A stretch of 40,633 nt of DNA from Deltaproteobacteria bacterium (lineage in GTDB: Bacteria; Desulfobacterota; GWC2-55-46): the NCBI GenBank assembly GCA_016219075.1, contig JACRCJ010000054.1, forward strand, positions 1 to 40,633. The letters run 5' to 3'. Both the position numbers and the translations under genes were made by a program. Shown here in pieces: positions 8,170 to 16,445 of the stretch. Numbering within the stretch: position 1 is the first letter of the stretch; every line of letters begins with the position of its first letter. The notes beneath the pieces were generated by a model that saw only the letters and a list, made by a program, of their open reading frames with translations, was not told the origin of the DNA and searched no databases.

Positions 8170-8196
8170 GCCCGGCTTCTTAAGAAGCCGGGCTTT
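8164..8196. terminator. Bidirectional intrinsic terminator (best for the minus-strand gene 8227-8514)
   Basis: Perfect 24-nt palindrome GCCCGGCTTCTT/AAGAAGCCGGGC (8170-8193). It is flanked by A6 on the left (a U-tract for the minus strand) and by TTT on the right. Confidence 0.75.
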
Positions 8197-8226
8197 AAAA
8201 GATGTTTTTTTGAGGATGATCGGACT

Positions 8227-8514
8227 CTAACGAACCCTGGAATATCCTGGAACGATGTCGTGTTCTTCCGTCAACCAGTCGTGGCCGCATCCGGCGGAAC
8301 TCTTGTCCTTGCCGAGCAGATTTTCTACGCCTGCGCGGTAGCCGTAGGTCTTGAACTCGTCCAGTATACTTCCGACAGCGGGGTACTGCCTGAGGGTCTT
8401 GTACTCAGTCCAGCGTATGCCTGAGTCGGCAGGTTTCTGGACCTCAAAGATCCTCCTCCTTTTCCTGTGTCCTTGTAGACGCGACCTTTTCTTCAGCCCT
8501 GTAGAGTATTTCAT
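8227..8514 (-). CDS. Hypothetical phage protein (95 aa); start uncertain
   Basis: Track ORF followed by the strong terminator. ATG 8514 has SD GGGAGG but overlaps the upstream ORF by 71 nt. There is no in-frame ATG/GTG/TTG downstream of that overlap. Confidence 0.35.
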   Translation of the reverse strand: MKYSTGLKKRSRLQGHRKRRRIFEVQKPADSGIRWTEYKTLRQYPAVGSILDEFKTYGYRAGVENLLGKDKSSAGCGHDWLTEEHDIVPGYSRVR

Positions 8515-8725
8515 ACGCCCTCCCGAGTGATATTCTGTGGCTCTCAGCTATTGTCCTCATATGGGTGTTCCAATAATGGTATTCCGTGAAGACCGATCTT
8601 TCCCTGGGGCTTAAGTCCGCAAGGGGCCACAGTATCGTCTTTATCTCGCATCCGCTGCTGCTCAGCTCCCCGTAAAACGAATCTGGGTCTACCCTTGTCT
8701 TGTTTGACATTATTGCCTTTTTCAA
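8444..8725 (-). CDS. Sigma-70 region-4-like HTH protein, candidate late-gene activator (probable true start ATG 8710)
   Basis: …LSPRERSVFTEYHYWNTHMRTIAESHRISLGRAYEILYRAEEKV… looks like a sigma region 4.2 / LuxR-type HTH. A small activator upstream of terS is a known phage arrangement (RinA/ArpU-like synteny). Confidence 0.55.
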   Translation of the reverse strand: MKKAIMSNKTRVDPDSFYGELSSSGCEIKTILWPLADLSPRERSVFTEYHYWNTHMRTIAESHRISLGRAYEILYRAEEKVASTRTQEKEEDL

Positions 8726-8929
8726 GCCGTATCGGCCGCTGTTTTTCAGTAAAATGTGCGCTACATGAACATAATCTCATAAAATACCCGCATCCATGCG
8801 ATTTGTTAGAAATCTATTTAGTATTGCAGGGTAGACATATGACCGCAACACCGCTCAATAAAGGCCGTTTACAGCTCTTATTACCAAAGACACCCAATGT
8901 CAACATATTATTCAGTTTTTGTGTGCACT

Positions 8930-8958
8930 ATTATACTATGGATGACTGTTCTTGTCAA
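8930..8958 (-). promoter_or_regulatory. Perfect-consensus sigma70 promoter TTGACA-N17-TATAAT reading leftward into the phage genes
   Basis: The reverse complement of 8930-8958 is TTGACAAGAACAGTCATCCATAGTATAAT. A second TTGACA (8898-8903) follows with the weak -10 TAAGAG. Confidence 0.65.
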
Positions 8959-8963
8959 GAACA
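8947..8963. promoter_or_regulatory. Perfect 8-1-8 palindrome TGTTCTTG-T-CAAGAACA overlapping the -35 (candidate repressor operator)
   Basis: Read directly from the sequence; the palindrome contains the -35 hexamer. Confidence 0.5.
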
Positions 8964-9086
8964 TTTAGTAATATCACATAAGATGTACTTTAACGACTCC
9001 GTGGAGTGTTTCTAAGTATAACAAATGAAACCTCCACGCAAGTCCTGGATAGCGGCGGTGTCCATAGCTGGAATTGATCAGACGGT

Positions 9087-9118
9087 AAAAAAAACGGGGC
9101 GGCTTACGCCGTCCCGTT
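9087..9118 (-). terminator. Intrinsic terminator of ychF
   Basis: On the minus strand: AACGGGACGGCG-TAAG-CCGCCCCGTT followed by T8. A second near-perfect palindrome (9146-9167) sits between it and the ychF stop. Confidence 0.7.
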
Positions 9119-9173
9119 GGTTTGGTACGATTATACAGACTGCCGTGTGAAAGGCGCGCCATTCACATCAAAC

Positions 9174-10265
9174 TCAGACATTGAACCTGAAGTGCATTAT
9201 GTCCCCGTCCTTTACTATGTAGTCCTTGCCCTCGATCCTCAGAAGCCCCTTTTCGCGACAAGCCGCCTCTGTGCCATTGGCTATGAAATCATCGTAAGCG
9301 ATGACCTCGGCCTTGATAAAGCCGCGCTCGAAGTCGGTATGTATGACGGCGGCGGCCTTCGGGGCCTTCGACTCGCTCTCTACGGTCCATGCCCTGACTT
9401 CCTTCTTCCCGACAGTGAAGTATGTGATGAGGCCGAGGAGCCTGTAGGCGGCGGCAGCAAGCCTGTCGAGCCCGGACTCCTTTAGCCCCAGCCCGCTTAA
9501 AAACTCCACCCGCTCCTCTTCGGAAAGCTCGGCTATCTCGGATTCGATCTTGCCGCAGATGACTACAAACCCTGCGCCCTCTTTCCCGGCCACCTCTTTT
9601 ACGGCGGCTGCCGCCGGTGAGTGGCCGTCAAGGTCGTCCTCGCTGACATTGGCCACATAGATGATGGGTTTTGCGGTAAGGAGGTTCAAGTCCTTTACCA
9701 GAAGACCGGTCTCCTTTGTGAGTATCGAGCGCGCGGGCCTGCCGTCTCCAAGACAGATTTTCAGCTCGTTATAGACCGGCATCGCTTCCGCTATCGCCTT
9801 GTCTCCGGTCTTTATAAGCTTTGCGGACCTCTCTATCCTTTTGTCAACGGCCTCAAGGTCCGCAAGTATCAGCTCGGTCTCTATAACCTCTATGTCGCTT
9901 TTAGGGTCTACCTTGCCGTCGACATGGACGACCCGTGGGTCCTCAAAGCACCTCACGACATGCGCTATGGTATCGACGCCCCTGATGTTGCCGAGGAACT
10001 GGTTCCCCAGGCCCTCGCCTTTGCTCGCGCCCTTTACGATACCGGCGATGTCCACGAACTCGACTGCTGTCGGGACTACCCTCTCGGGTTTCGCCAGCTC
10101 GGCAAGCTTGTAAATCCTCGGGTCCCTCAGAGGCACCATGCCTATGTTCGGGTTTATCGTGCAGAACGGGTAGTTTGAAGCCTCCGCCCCGGCGGCGGTC
10201 ATGGCGTTGAAGATCGTTGATTTACCGACATTCGGCAGTCCTATTATTCCACAGTTGAATCCCAT
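9174..10265 (-). CDS. ychF: Ribosome-binding ATPase YchF
   Basis: 363 aa with G1 motif [16 protein letters not shown] and C-terminal TGS-like end …[11 protein letters not shown]. Confidence 0.95.
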   Translation of the reverse strand: MGFNCGIIGLPNVGKSTIFNAMTAAGAEASNYPFCTINPNIGMVPLRDPRIYKLAELAKPERVVPTAVEFVDIAGIVKGASKGEGLGNQFLGNIRGVDTIAHVVRCFEDPRVVHVDGKVDPKSDIEVIETELILADLEAVDKRIERSAKLIKTGDKAIAEAMPVYNELKICLGDGRPARSILTKETGLLVKDLNLLTAKPIIYVANVSEDDLDGHSPAAAAVKEVAGKEGAGFVVICGKIESEIAELSEEERVEFLSGLGLKESGLDRLAAAAYRLLGLITYFTVGKKEVRAWTVESESKAPKAAAVIHTDFERGFIKAEVIAYDDFIANGTEAACREKGLLRIEGKDYIVKDGDIMHFRFNV

Positions 10266-10328
10266 CGTCTCCTTCTTCGTAAGCTGCTTTCTTCCGGCAC
10301 TTACTTCCTTTCATTTTTTTATATTTTT

Positions 10329-10372
10329 AACGCTCTGAAAACCCGGGGGTTTTTAGCCCTGCGGGGGTTCAT
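10329..10372 (-). repeat. Dispersed palindromic repeat, copy upstream of ychF
   Basis: In gene orientation: ATGAACCCCCGCAGGGCTAAAAACCCCCGGGTTTTCAGAGCGTT, followed by an A-rich tail. It lies 63 nt before the ychF start. Confidence 0.8.
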
Positions 10373-10417
10373 TGACAGACCCTCCGCGGGCGGTTCCCCG
10401 GATGGTGCGGACCGTAT

Positions 10418-10455
10418 AAAAAACAAAAAAACAGGCCGGATGGATCACACCGGCC
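10418..10455 (-). terminator. Intrinsic terminator of hppA
   Basis: On the minus strand: GGCCGG-tgtgatccat-CCGGCC followed by TGTTTTTTTGTTTTTT. Confidence 0.6.
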
Positions 10456-10477
10456 CGCCGTTTTAAAACCATTTTGG

Positions 10478-12499
10478 TCAAGCGATCAAAGGGGCTATGA
10501 CAAGCGCCACGATGCTCATGAGCTTTATCAGGATGTTCATCGCGGGGCCTGAGGTGTCCTTGAACGGGTCGCCTACGGTGTCCCCTACGACGGCGGCCTT
10601 GTGCGCTTCAGACCCCTTGCCGCCGAAGTTTCCCTTCTCTATGTATTTCTTGGCATTATCCCACGCCCCGCCGGCGTTTGCCATAAAAATCGCAAGCAAT
10701 ACCCCTGTGACGGTCGCCCCGGCCAATAGGCCCCCGAGGGCCCTGGGGCCGAGGAGAAACCCTACGAGCACGGGGGACGCTACGGCGACGACCCCCGGAA
10801 GTATCATCTCCCTTAAGGCGGCGGAGGTGCTTATCTCGATGCATCTGGCCACATCCGGCCTGGCATCGGGTCTGCCTTCGAGAAGGCCGGGTATCTCCCT
10901 GAACTGCCTTCTTATCTCCCGGACCATCTTGAACGCGGCCTTGCCTACGCTCGTCATGGTGAGCGAGCCGATGTAAAACGGGATTATCCCGCCGAGAAGA
11001 AGCCCTATGACGACATGCGGGTCGGTCAGGGAGATACTGAAAGCCTTGCCGGATTTCGCGGCCACGACCTGACCGAACGCCGAGAAGAGCGCGAGCGCCG
11101 TAAGGGCGGCGGAGCCTATCGCAAAACCCTTCCCGATAGCGGCCGTGGTGTTGCCGAGGGAATCCAGGCTGTCGGTGATCTTTCTGACATCCTCACCGAG
11201 GCCGCTCATCTCGGAGATACCCCCGGCGTTGTCGGCAATAGGGCCGTAGGCGTCCACGCTCATGATGATCCCGGTAGTGGCGAGCATCCCCACAGCGGCT
11301 ATCCCTATGCCGTATATCCCTGCGGCGTAGTCGGAGACGAATATCGCGGCGCAGATGGCCACGAGAGGCAGCGCTGTACTTTCAAGCCCGACCGCTATGC
11401 CCGAGATTATATTGGTCCCCGCCCCTGTCTCAGCCGATTCGGCTATCCGTTTTACAGGACCTGCCGAGGTGTAGTGCTCCGTAAGAAGACCTATCATGAT
11501 GCCGCCGATACATCCGGCGACTACGGCGATGTATACGGTCTTTGCGCAGCCGGCAAGCTCGGTGGCGAAGTACGCGAGTACGAGAAAGACCACTGTAGCC
11601 ACGAGCGTGACGTTCCTTAACGCGGCCGCCGGATCGGTGTTCCTCAAGACCCCCATCGTGAGTATGCCAAGCATCGAGGAGACAAGGCCGGCCATTACGA
11701 GTATGATCGGATAAGACATCAGGGCCGGTCCCGAGCCTATCGCCGCCAAACCGTTGGAGGCCGTGGCCGCCGCTCCGATGGCTATCGCGGCTACTACAGC
11801 GCCGACGTAAGATTCGAAAATGTCGGCGCCGAGACCCGCGACATCGCCGACATTGTCGCCTACATTATCAGCGATGACTCCGGGGTTTCTCGGGTCGTCC
11901 TCGGGTATACCAGCCTCGACCTTACCGACAAGGTCGGCCCCGACATCGGCTGTTTTGGTGAATATCCCGCCGCCCACCCTCGCGAATAAAGCCACGGAGG
12001 AGGCCCCCATGGCGTAGCCGCTGATTATAGAGGCCGTCTCTGGCCGGCCGTAGAAGATGAAGAAAAGGCCTATGCCGATAAGCCCGAGGCTCGCAACCGA
12101 CAGCCCCATCACGGAGCCGCCGAAGAACGCGGCGGAAAGGGCTCGGGACATCGACGGCTTGTACCTGTTAGCGGCTTCGGCCGTTCTGACATTGGCCTTC
12201 GTAGAGGCGTTCATCCCGAAAAAACCTGCGAGCATGGAGGAAATACCGCCGCAGATATACGCAAAGGCCGTCTGTACTCCGATAAAGACCGCGATCGCGA
12301 CGGCCAGGAATACGACAAAGACGGCGAGTATCGCGTACTGCCGCCTCAGGTAGACCATCGCGCCGCCGTGTATAAGACCGGCTATCTCGTTCATCCGTGG
12401 GTTCCCGGAAGGAAGACGCGTGACATAGAGGTAGATGAACAGGGTCATTACAAGGCCGAGCGCGCCTAAGAGCGGGGCGAGTGCAGTTATACCTTGCAT
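10478..12499 (-). CDS. hppA: Membrane-bound pyrophosphate-energised cation pump, K+-dependent type
   Basis: 673-aa polytopic protein with [27 protein letters not shown] and [16 protein letters not shown] motifs. Ala in GNTTAA (rather than Lys) is the published marker of K+-dependent M-PPases. Confidence 0.93.
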   Translation of the reverse strand: MQGITALAPLLGALGLVMTLFIYLYVTRLPSGNPRMNEIAGLIHGGAMVYLRRQYAILAVFVVFLAVAIAVFIGVQTAFAYICGGISSMLAGFFGMNASTKANVRTAEAANRYKPSMSRALSAAFFGGSVMGLSVASLGLIGIGLFFIFYGRPETASIISGYAMGASSVALFARVGGGIFTKTADVGADLVGKVEAGIPEDDPRNPGVIADNVGDNVGDVAGLGADIFESYVGAVVAAIAIGAAATASNGLAAIGSGPALMSYPIILVMAGLVSSMLGILTMGVLRNTDPAAALRNVTLVATVVFLVLAYFATELAGCAKTVYIAVVAGCIGGIMIGLLTEHYTSAGPVKRIAESAETGAGTNIISGIAVGLESTALPLVAICAAIFVSDYAAGIYGIGIAAVGMLATTGIIMSVDAYGPIADNAGGISEMSGLGEDVRKITDSLDSLGNTTAAIGKGFAIGSAALTALALFSAFGQVVAAKSGKAFSISLTDPHVVIGLLLGGIIPFYIGSLTMTSVGKAAFKMVREIRRQFREIPGLLEGRPDARPDVARCIEISTSAALREMILPGVVAVASPVLVGFLLGPRALGGLLAGATVTGVLLAIFMANAGGAWDNAKKYIEKGNFGGKGSEAHKAAVVGDTVGDPFKDTSGPAMNILIKLMSIVALVIAPLIA

Positions 12500-12520
12500 A
12501 TTATCTTACCTTTTGGTTTC

Positions 12521-12567
12521 AGCGTTCCGAAGTCCCCGCGGGTTTAATTGGCCCGCGGATGTTTCAT
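12521..12567 (-). repeat. Dispersed palindromic repeat, diverged copy upstream of hppA
   Basis: In gene orientation: ATGAAACATCCGCGGGCCAATTAAACCCGCGGGGACTTCGGAACGCT, 21 nt before the hppA start. Confidence 0.55.
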
Positions 12568-12681
12568 CGATACAGGATACGCTGTATGGAGTGTTGAGTT
12601 AAAAAGACGACCGTCACCCGTAGAATCAAGTCAAACGGCTAAAAAGAGATGTCCTGTTGCGGGAAAAAAACCGATCAAGGT

Positions 12682-13242
12682 TCATTTTGAGGAGTTAAAG
12701 CTGTTCATCGCGTAATCTATGCCGCGGGCCACCAGCGCCTCTATCGAAGAGACGCCCCTTGTAAGCATGTCGTCGAGCGCGCCAGTCTCGTCCTCAGAGA
12801 AGGGGGCGAGCACATAATCGATTATGTCCCCGTCAATGGGCCTGCCTATGCCGAGCCTTATCCTCGGGAAATCCCTGCTGTCGATATGCTCTATGATGGA
12901 GTTTATGCCCCTGTGTCCGCCGCTCCCTCCGTCTTTTCTCAGCCTGAGTCTCCCTAAAGGCAGATCGCAGTCGTCATAGGCTGCTATTATCGATCCGGTG
13001 TCAACTGAGAAGGCGGCTTTGAACTCGGCGACGGCCTTGCCGCTCAGGTTCATGAAGGTCTGTGGTTTAAGAAGGACCGCGTCCTGTCCGAAGACCCTGC
13101 CTCTGCCCCACAGAGCCGAGGGGGAGCGGGTGAACTTTATGGAGCATCTATCCGAGAGCCTGTCTACGAGCATGAACCCGACATTGTGCCTGGTGATCTC
13201 GTAAGCAGGCCCCGGATTGCCTAATCCAACTATGAGAAGCAA
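12682..13242 (-). CDS. pth: Peptidyl-tRNA hydrolase
   Basis: 186 aa with canonical N-terminus MLLIVGLGNPGPAYEITRHNVGF. Confidence 0.95.
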   Translation of the reverse strand: MLLIVGLGNPGPAYEITRHNVGFMLVDRLSDRCSIKFTRSPSALWGRGRVFGQDAVLLKPQTFMNLSGKAVAEFKAAFSVDTGSIIAAYDDCDLPLGRLRLRKDGGSGGHRGINSIIEHIDSRDFPRIRLGIGRPIDGDIIDYVLAPFSEDETGALDDMLTRGVSSIEALVARGIDYAMNSFNSSK

Positions 13243-13317
13243 AAAGGCTGTCCCCTGAAGTCGTATTTCACGCGGCCCGTTGAAGCCGCCGCGGCTAAAA
13301 CAGGTCCAAAGAGGGGC

Positions 13318-13965
13318 TTACTCCTCCTTGGTCTCCTCTTCCTTCTCGGCGAAGCTCTTCGCGAGTTCGGCCTCGACCTCTTCAGCGGTCTTTGGCGCCA
13401 CTTCGGCCGTCGGAGCGACTAACGATACTATGGTGGTGGACGGGTCGTCAAGGATATCAACACCCTCTGCGAGCTTTATGTCCGAGGCGTGCAGCGAATG
13501 TCCGATACCGAGCTTTGTGATGTCAAGGTCGATGCTGTCGGGGATCTGCGTCGGGAAGCACTCTACCCTCACGGTCCTGTGCTCCTGCTGGACGATGCCG
13601 CCGAAGGCGAGGCCCTCGGCCTTTCCGGTGAGGTGCACCGGGACATCGACGGTTATCTTGTGGTCCATCCGTATCTCTACGAAGTCCACATGCTGCAGGG
13701 ACCCTCTGAGGGGATGGCGGGAGACTTCCTTGAACATGACCATCCGTGTCTTGTCGCCCTCTAAAGCGAGGTTCACCAGAACGTTTCCGCCGGCCGCGGT
13801 ATGGAGCACCTTTTCAAGCTCCTTGTTGCTCAGGGCCAGCGATATGGCGCCTTTTATCGCCTGTCCGTAGAGTATCGCGGGTACCGAGCCTTCTTTGCGA
13901 ATCCTGCCGGCGGCGCCTTTACCTGTGGCCGGTCTGGGCTGGGCTGATAGATTTATCTGTTCCAT
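13318..13965 (-). CDS. rplY: 50S ribosomal protein L25 / general stress protein Ctc
   Basis: 215 aa containing …RKEGSVPAILYG… and an acidic C-terminal tail. It sits in the conserved prs-ctc-pth arrangement. Confidence 0.9.
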   Translation of the reverse strand: MEQINLSAQPRPATGKGAAGRIRKEGSVPAILYGQAIKGAISLALSNKELEKVLHTAAGGNVLVNLALEGDKTRMVMFKEVSRHPLRGSLQHVDFVEIRMDHKITVDVPVHLTGKAEGLAFGGIVQQEHRTVRVECFPTQIPDSIDLDITKLGIGHSLHASDIKLAEGVDILDDPSTTIVSLVAPTAEVAPKTAEEVEAELAKSFAEKEEETKEE

Positions 13966-14009
13966 TACTCTCTTCCTCCAGTAGTTTCAATGAATTTTAT
14001 GGGTGTCTG

Positions 14010-14945
14010 TCAAACAAAAAGCGAACTTACGGACTCTCCGCAGTGTATCCTCTTTATGGCCTCGCCGAGGAGCGGCCCGACCGAAAGCCTCTTTATCTTG
14101 GCCGACCTGGCGCCCTCCCTCTCCGGTATGGTGTTCGTGACGACCAGTTGCCGTATGGGAGATTTATCTATCCTCTCTATGGCGGGGCCGGAAAGTACGG
14201 CGTGGGTAGCGCACGCGAATATCTGTTTGGCGCCGTGCTTTTCCACCGCTACGGCCGCCTGCGTAAGCGTACCGGCTGTATCTATCATGTCGTCAAGGAT
14301 TATAGCGGTCTTTCCATGCACGTCCCCTATTATGTTCATGACCTCGGAGACATTCGGGGCCGGGCGCCTTTTGTCTATTATGGCGAGACTCGCCTCAAGC
14401 CTCTTGGCAAAGGCCCTGGCCCTCTCAACGCCTCCGGCGTCGGGTGAGACTATGACGATGTCGTCGTTAAAATTATCCTTTATGTACTTGAGGAGCACCG
14501 GGGTGGCGTAGAGGTGGTCGACCGGGATGTTGAAAAAGCCCTGTATCTGGCCGGCGTGAAGGTCCACGCATACGACCCTTGTCGCCCCCGCCACGGTTAT
14601 AAGGTCTGCCACGAGCTTGGCCGAGATCGGCGTCCTCGGCGCCACCTTCCTGTCCTGCCTCGCGTACCCGTAATACGGCAGAACGGCCGTTACGGAGACG
14701 GCGGAAGCCCTCTTGAAGGCATCGAGCATTATAAGGAGTTCCATCAGGTTGTTGTTGCACGGTATACAGGTCGACTGCACCACATATACCTCTACCCCTC
14801 TGACGCTCTCCTGTATGTCTACATATACTTCTCCGTCGCTGAAGCTCTTGACCTCGGATTTTCCGAGAGTAAGCCCGAGAGTCTCGCATATCTCCAGGGC
14901 AAGCGGCCTGTTCGAGTTTCCGGCAAAAACCTTGATCTTATCCAT
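14010..14945 (-). CDS. prs: Ribose-phosphate pyrophosphokinase
   Basis: 311 aa with the motifs [23 protein letters not shown] and [12 protein letters not shown]. Confidence 0.95.
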   Translation of the reverse strand: MDKIKVFAGNSNRPLALEICETLGLTLGKSEVKSFSDGEVYVDIQESVRGVEVYVVQSTCIPCNNNLMELLIMLDAFKRASAVSVTAVLPYYGYARQDRKVAPRTPISAKLVADLITVAGATRVVCVDLHAGQIQGFFNIPVDHLYATPVLLKYIKDNFNDDIVIVSPDAGGVERARAFAKRLEASLAIIDKRRPAPNVSEVMNIIGDVHGKTAIILDDMIDTAGTLTQAAVAVEKHGAKQIFACATHAVLSGPAIERIDKSPIRQLVVTNTIPEREGARSAKIKRLSVGPLLGEAIKRIHCGESVSSLFV

Positions 14946-15000
14946 ATTTCTTTCTACCCCTAAAGTACTTGCTTTTGCGACTGGACTCGATTTTATTTCT

Positions 15001-15045
15001 AACGTTCTGAAAACCCTGTGGGTTTTAAGCCCAGGGAGGGTTCAT
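15001..15045 (-). repeat. Dispersed palindromic repeat, copy between tRNA-Gln and prs
   Basis: In gene orientation: ATGAACCCTCCCTGGGCTTAAAACCCACAGGGTTTTCAGAACGTT. It begins 5 nt after the tRNA 3' end and ends 55 nt before the prs start. Confidence 0.85.
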
Positions 15046-15050
15046 TATAT

Positions 15051-15125
15051 TGGCTGGGGCGGGAGGATTCGAACCTCCGAGTGCGGGGATCAAAACCCCG
15101 TGCCTTACCGCTTGGCGACGCCCCA
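15051..15125 (-). tRNA. tRNA-Gln (anticodon UUG), CCA encoded
   Basis: The reverse complement is TGGGGCGTCGCCAAGCGGTAAGGCACGGGGTTTTGATCCCCGCACTCGGAGGTTCGAATCCTCCCGCCCCAGCCA. It folds as a cloverleaf with anticodon loop TTTTGAT and is very similar to E. coli tRNA-Gln(UUG). Confidence 0.95.
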
Positions 15126-15199
15126 AAGGTTTTCTTGAGACGCGGACGGATACTAAATAAGCCCCTTTTACCGCGTCACCCCCGCCGACAACCGCGTTT

Positions 15200-16117
15200 T
15201 CAGAGCCCGTGCGCCAGAAAAACGGAAAAACCTTTATCGAGGGTCTTTTTTAATCTTTGAAAGGCCTCTTGGGCCTTGCCTGTCTCCGAGAAAACGCCGA
15301 AGACAGTCGGTCCGCTTCCTGACATAAGCGAGCCCATGGCCCCGGCTTCGAGAAGCGCGCCTTTGATGGCTGAGATCTCGGGGTACCTTCCCTCGGTGAC
15401 AGCCTCGAGGTCGTTGTGAAGAAAGTCCTTTATATCATGCTCTGAGTCAAGGGTCTCTTCAGAATACATTAAGATATTATCTTCAGGCTTTTTTGTCAAG
15501 TCCAAATTATTATAGACCCAGGCCGTGGAGACATGGAAGCCGGGGTTTACCAGGACATAACTGTAACCGGGCAGTTTGACCCGTTTTAAGACCTCGCCCC
15601 TGCCTGTTGCTATGGCCGGGGACTTGAGGATGAAAAACGGAACATCCGAGCCGATCGACGCCCCGAGCTCCATCAGTCTTTGCTCGCCGGCGGGGGTGCC
15701 TAAAAACGAGTTCAGCCCCATAAGGACAGTGGCGGCATTTGAGCTGCCTCCGCCGAGGCCTGCTCCGACAGGGATTCTTTTCACTATGAAAATCGAGACC
15801 TTTCTTTTAAGACCGGCCTCCCGGAGCACAAGGTCCGCGGCCCTGTAGGCGAGGTTGTCCTTCCCGCCGGGGACCCCGGCGTGATCGGTCGAGACAAGTA
15901 TGCCGTCGCCTTCCTCCACCTCTATGGTCACTTCGTCATAGAGCGAAACAGGCTGCATGAGAGAGAAGATTTCGTGGTAGCCGTCAGGTCTCTTTGAGAG
16001 GACTTTGAGGAAGAGGTTGACCTTGGCGGGCGAGAGAAACTGGCGGCGCTGTTGAGCCGAGGGGGAGTATTTCTGACCGTTGTCCATATTATCCGAACTT
16101 GTTGGGACGGAACTCAA
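15200..16117 (-). CDS. ispE: 4-diphosphocytidyl-2-C-methyl-D-erythritol kinase
   Basis: Contains …SPAKVNLFLKV… and the GHMP-kinase motif PVGAGLGGGSSNAA. The N-terminal ~20 aa extension may reflect a later true start. Confidence 0.9.
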   Translation of the reverse strand: MSSVPTSSDNMDNGQKYSPSAQQRRQFLSPAKVNLFLKVLSKRPDGYHEIFSLMQPVSLYDEVTIEVEEGDGILVSTDHAGVPGGKDNLAYRAADLVLREAGLKRKVSIFIVKRIPVGAGLGGGSSNAATVLMGLNSFLGTPAGEQRLMELGASIGSDVPFFILKSPAIATGRGEVLKRVKLPGYSYVLVNPGFHVSTAWVYNNLDLTKKPEDNILMYSEETLDSEHDIKDFLHNDLEAVTEGRYPEISAIKGALLEAGAMGSLMSGSGPTVFGVFSETGKAQEAFQRLKKTLDKGFSVFLAHGL

Positions 16118-16126
16118 AAAAACGGA

Positions 16127-16387
16127 TTAGAAGTGGCCTACCTTCGACGGAGGCGTCTTGCAGACCTCGTTGAGCTCGGCGACAAGGATGTATTCGTGGT
16201 AGTCGTTCATGGCGCAGAGGAACTCTATGGCCTCGGTCCTGGCGCCGGGCACGGCGATAGCCGCCTTACCGAGGTGCTTGATGAGCACGGCCTCGGCCTG
16301 CGGGCATGCCTGCAGAAGGTCGTTTACGATCACCTTGCCTGTTATTACACCTTCCTCTTCATGGTGCTTATGTCCGTGTCCAGCCAT
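16127..16387 (-). CDS. DUF1858-like small protein with His-rich N-terminus
   Basis: 86 aa. MAGHGHKHHEEEG… is followed by …VNDLLQACPQAEAVLIKHLG…ELNEV, resembling DUF1858 (from memory) but without the usual CxxC. Confidence 0.5.
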   Translation of the reverse strand: MAGHGHKHHEEEGVITGKVIVNDLLQACPQAEAVLIKHLGKAAIAVPGARTEAIEFLCAMNDYHEYILVAELNEVCKTPPSKVGHF

Positions 16388-16445
16388 AGTCTTTTGTCTC
16401 TTTTGTATTGTTAGTGTTTAAGAGCGGGCTTTTATGCCGCCTCGC

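Larger units (their letters stand above)
8004..8200 (+). ncRNA. Candidate ~200-nt non-coding transcript (promoter to bidirectional terminator), antisense to the phage operon direction
   Basis: It lies between the promoter at 7968-7997 and the palindromic hairpin at 8170-8193. There is no credible ORF: 8104-8424 runs through the hairpin. Its 3' third is a copy of the dispersed repeat. Confidence 0.25.
1..8963 (-). mobile_element. Prophage-like region (structural/packaging arm), continuing beyond the left edge; right boundary somewhere in 8726-9100
   Basis: Contiguous co-directional block: regulator, terS, terL, portal, scaffold, major capsid, small virion ORFs, tail fibre. It is followed by an AT-rich non-coding stretch and then the housekeeping gene ychF. 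No integrase or att repeat is visible, so the boundary is approximate. Confidence 0.7.

Noticed and set aside
8104-8424. 106-aa plus-strand ORF, together with 7941-8126 (-) and 8974-9162 (-).
   Set aside because: 8104-8424 and 8974-9162 each span an intrinsic terminator hairpin; 7941-8126 lies in the non-coding gap without one. All three lack an SD and have implausible composition.
8544-9015. ORFs 8544-8780 (-) and 8695-9015 (+) in or near the AT-rich junction.
   Set aside because: One is an alternative frame of the regulator gene and its leader. The other crosses the consensus promoter region. Neither has an SD, and both have odd composition.
9146-9167. TGTGAA-AGGCGCGCCA-TTCACA palindrome read as a CRP/FNR/Rex-type box.
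   Set aside because: The spacing (N10) does not fit those families. It lies in the 3' region just after the ychF stop, so it is more simply a 3' stem-loop ahead of the terminator.
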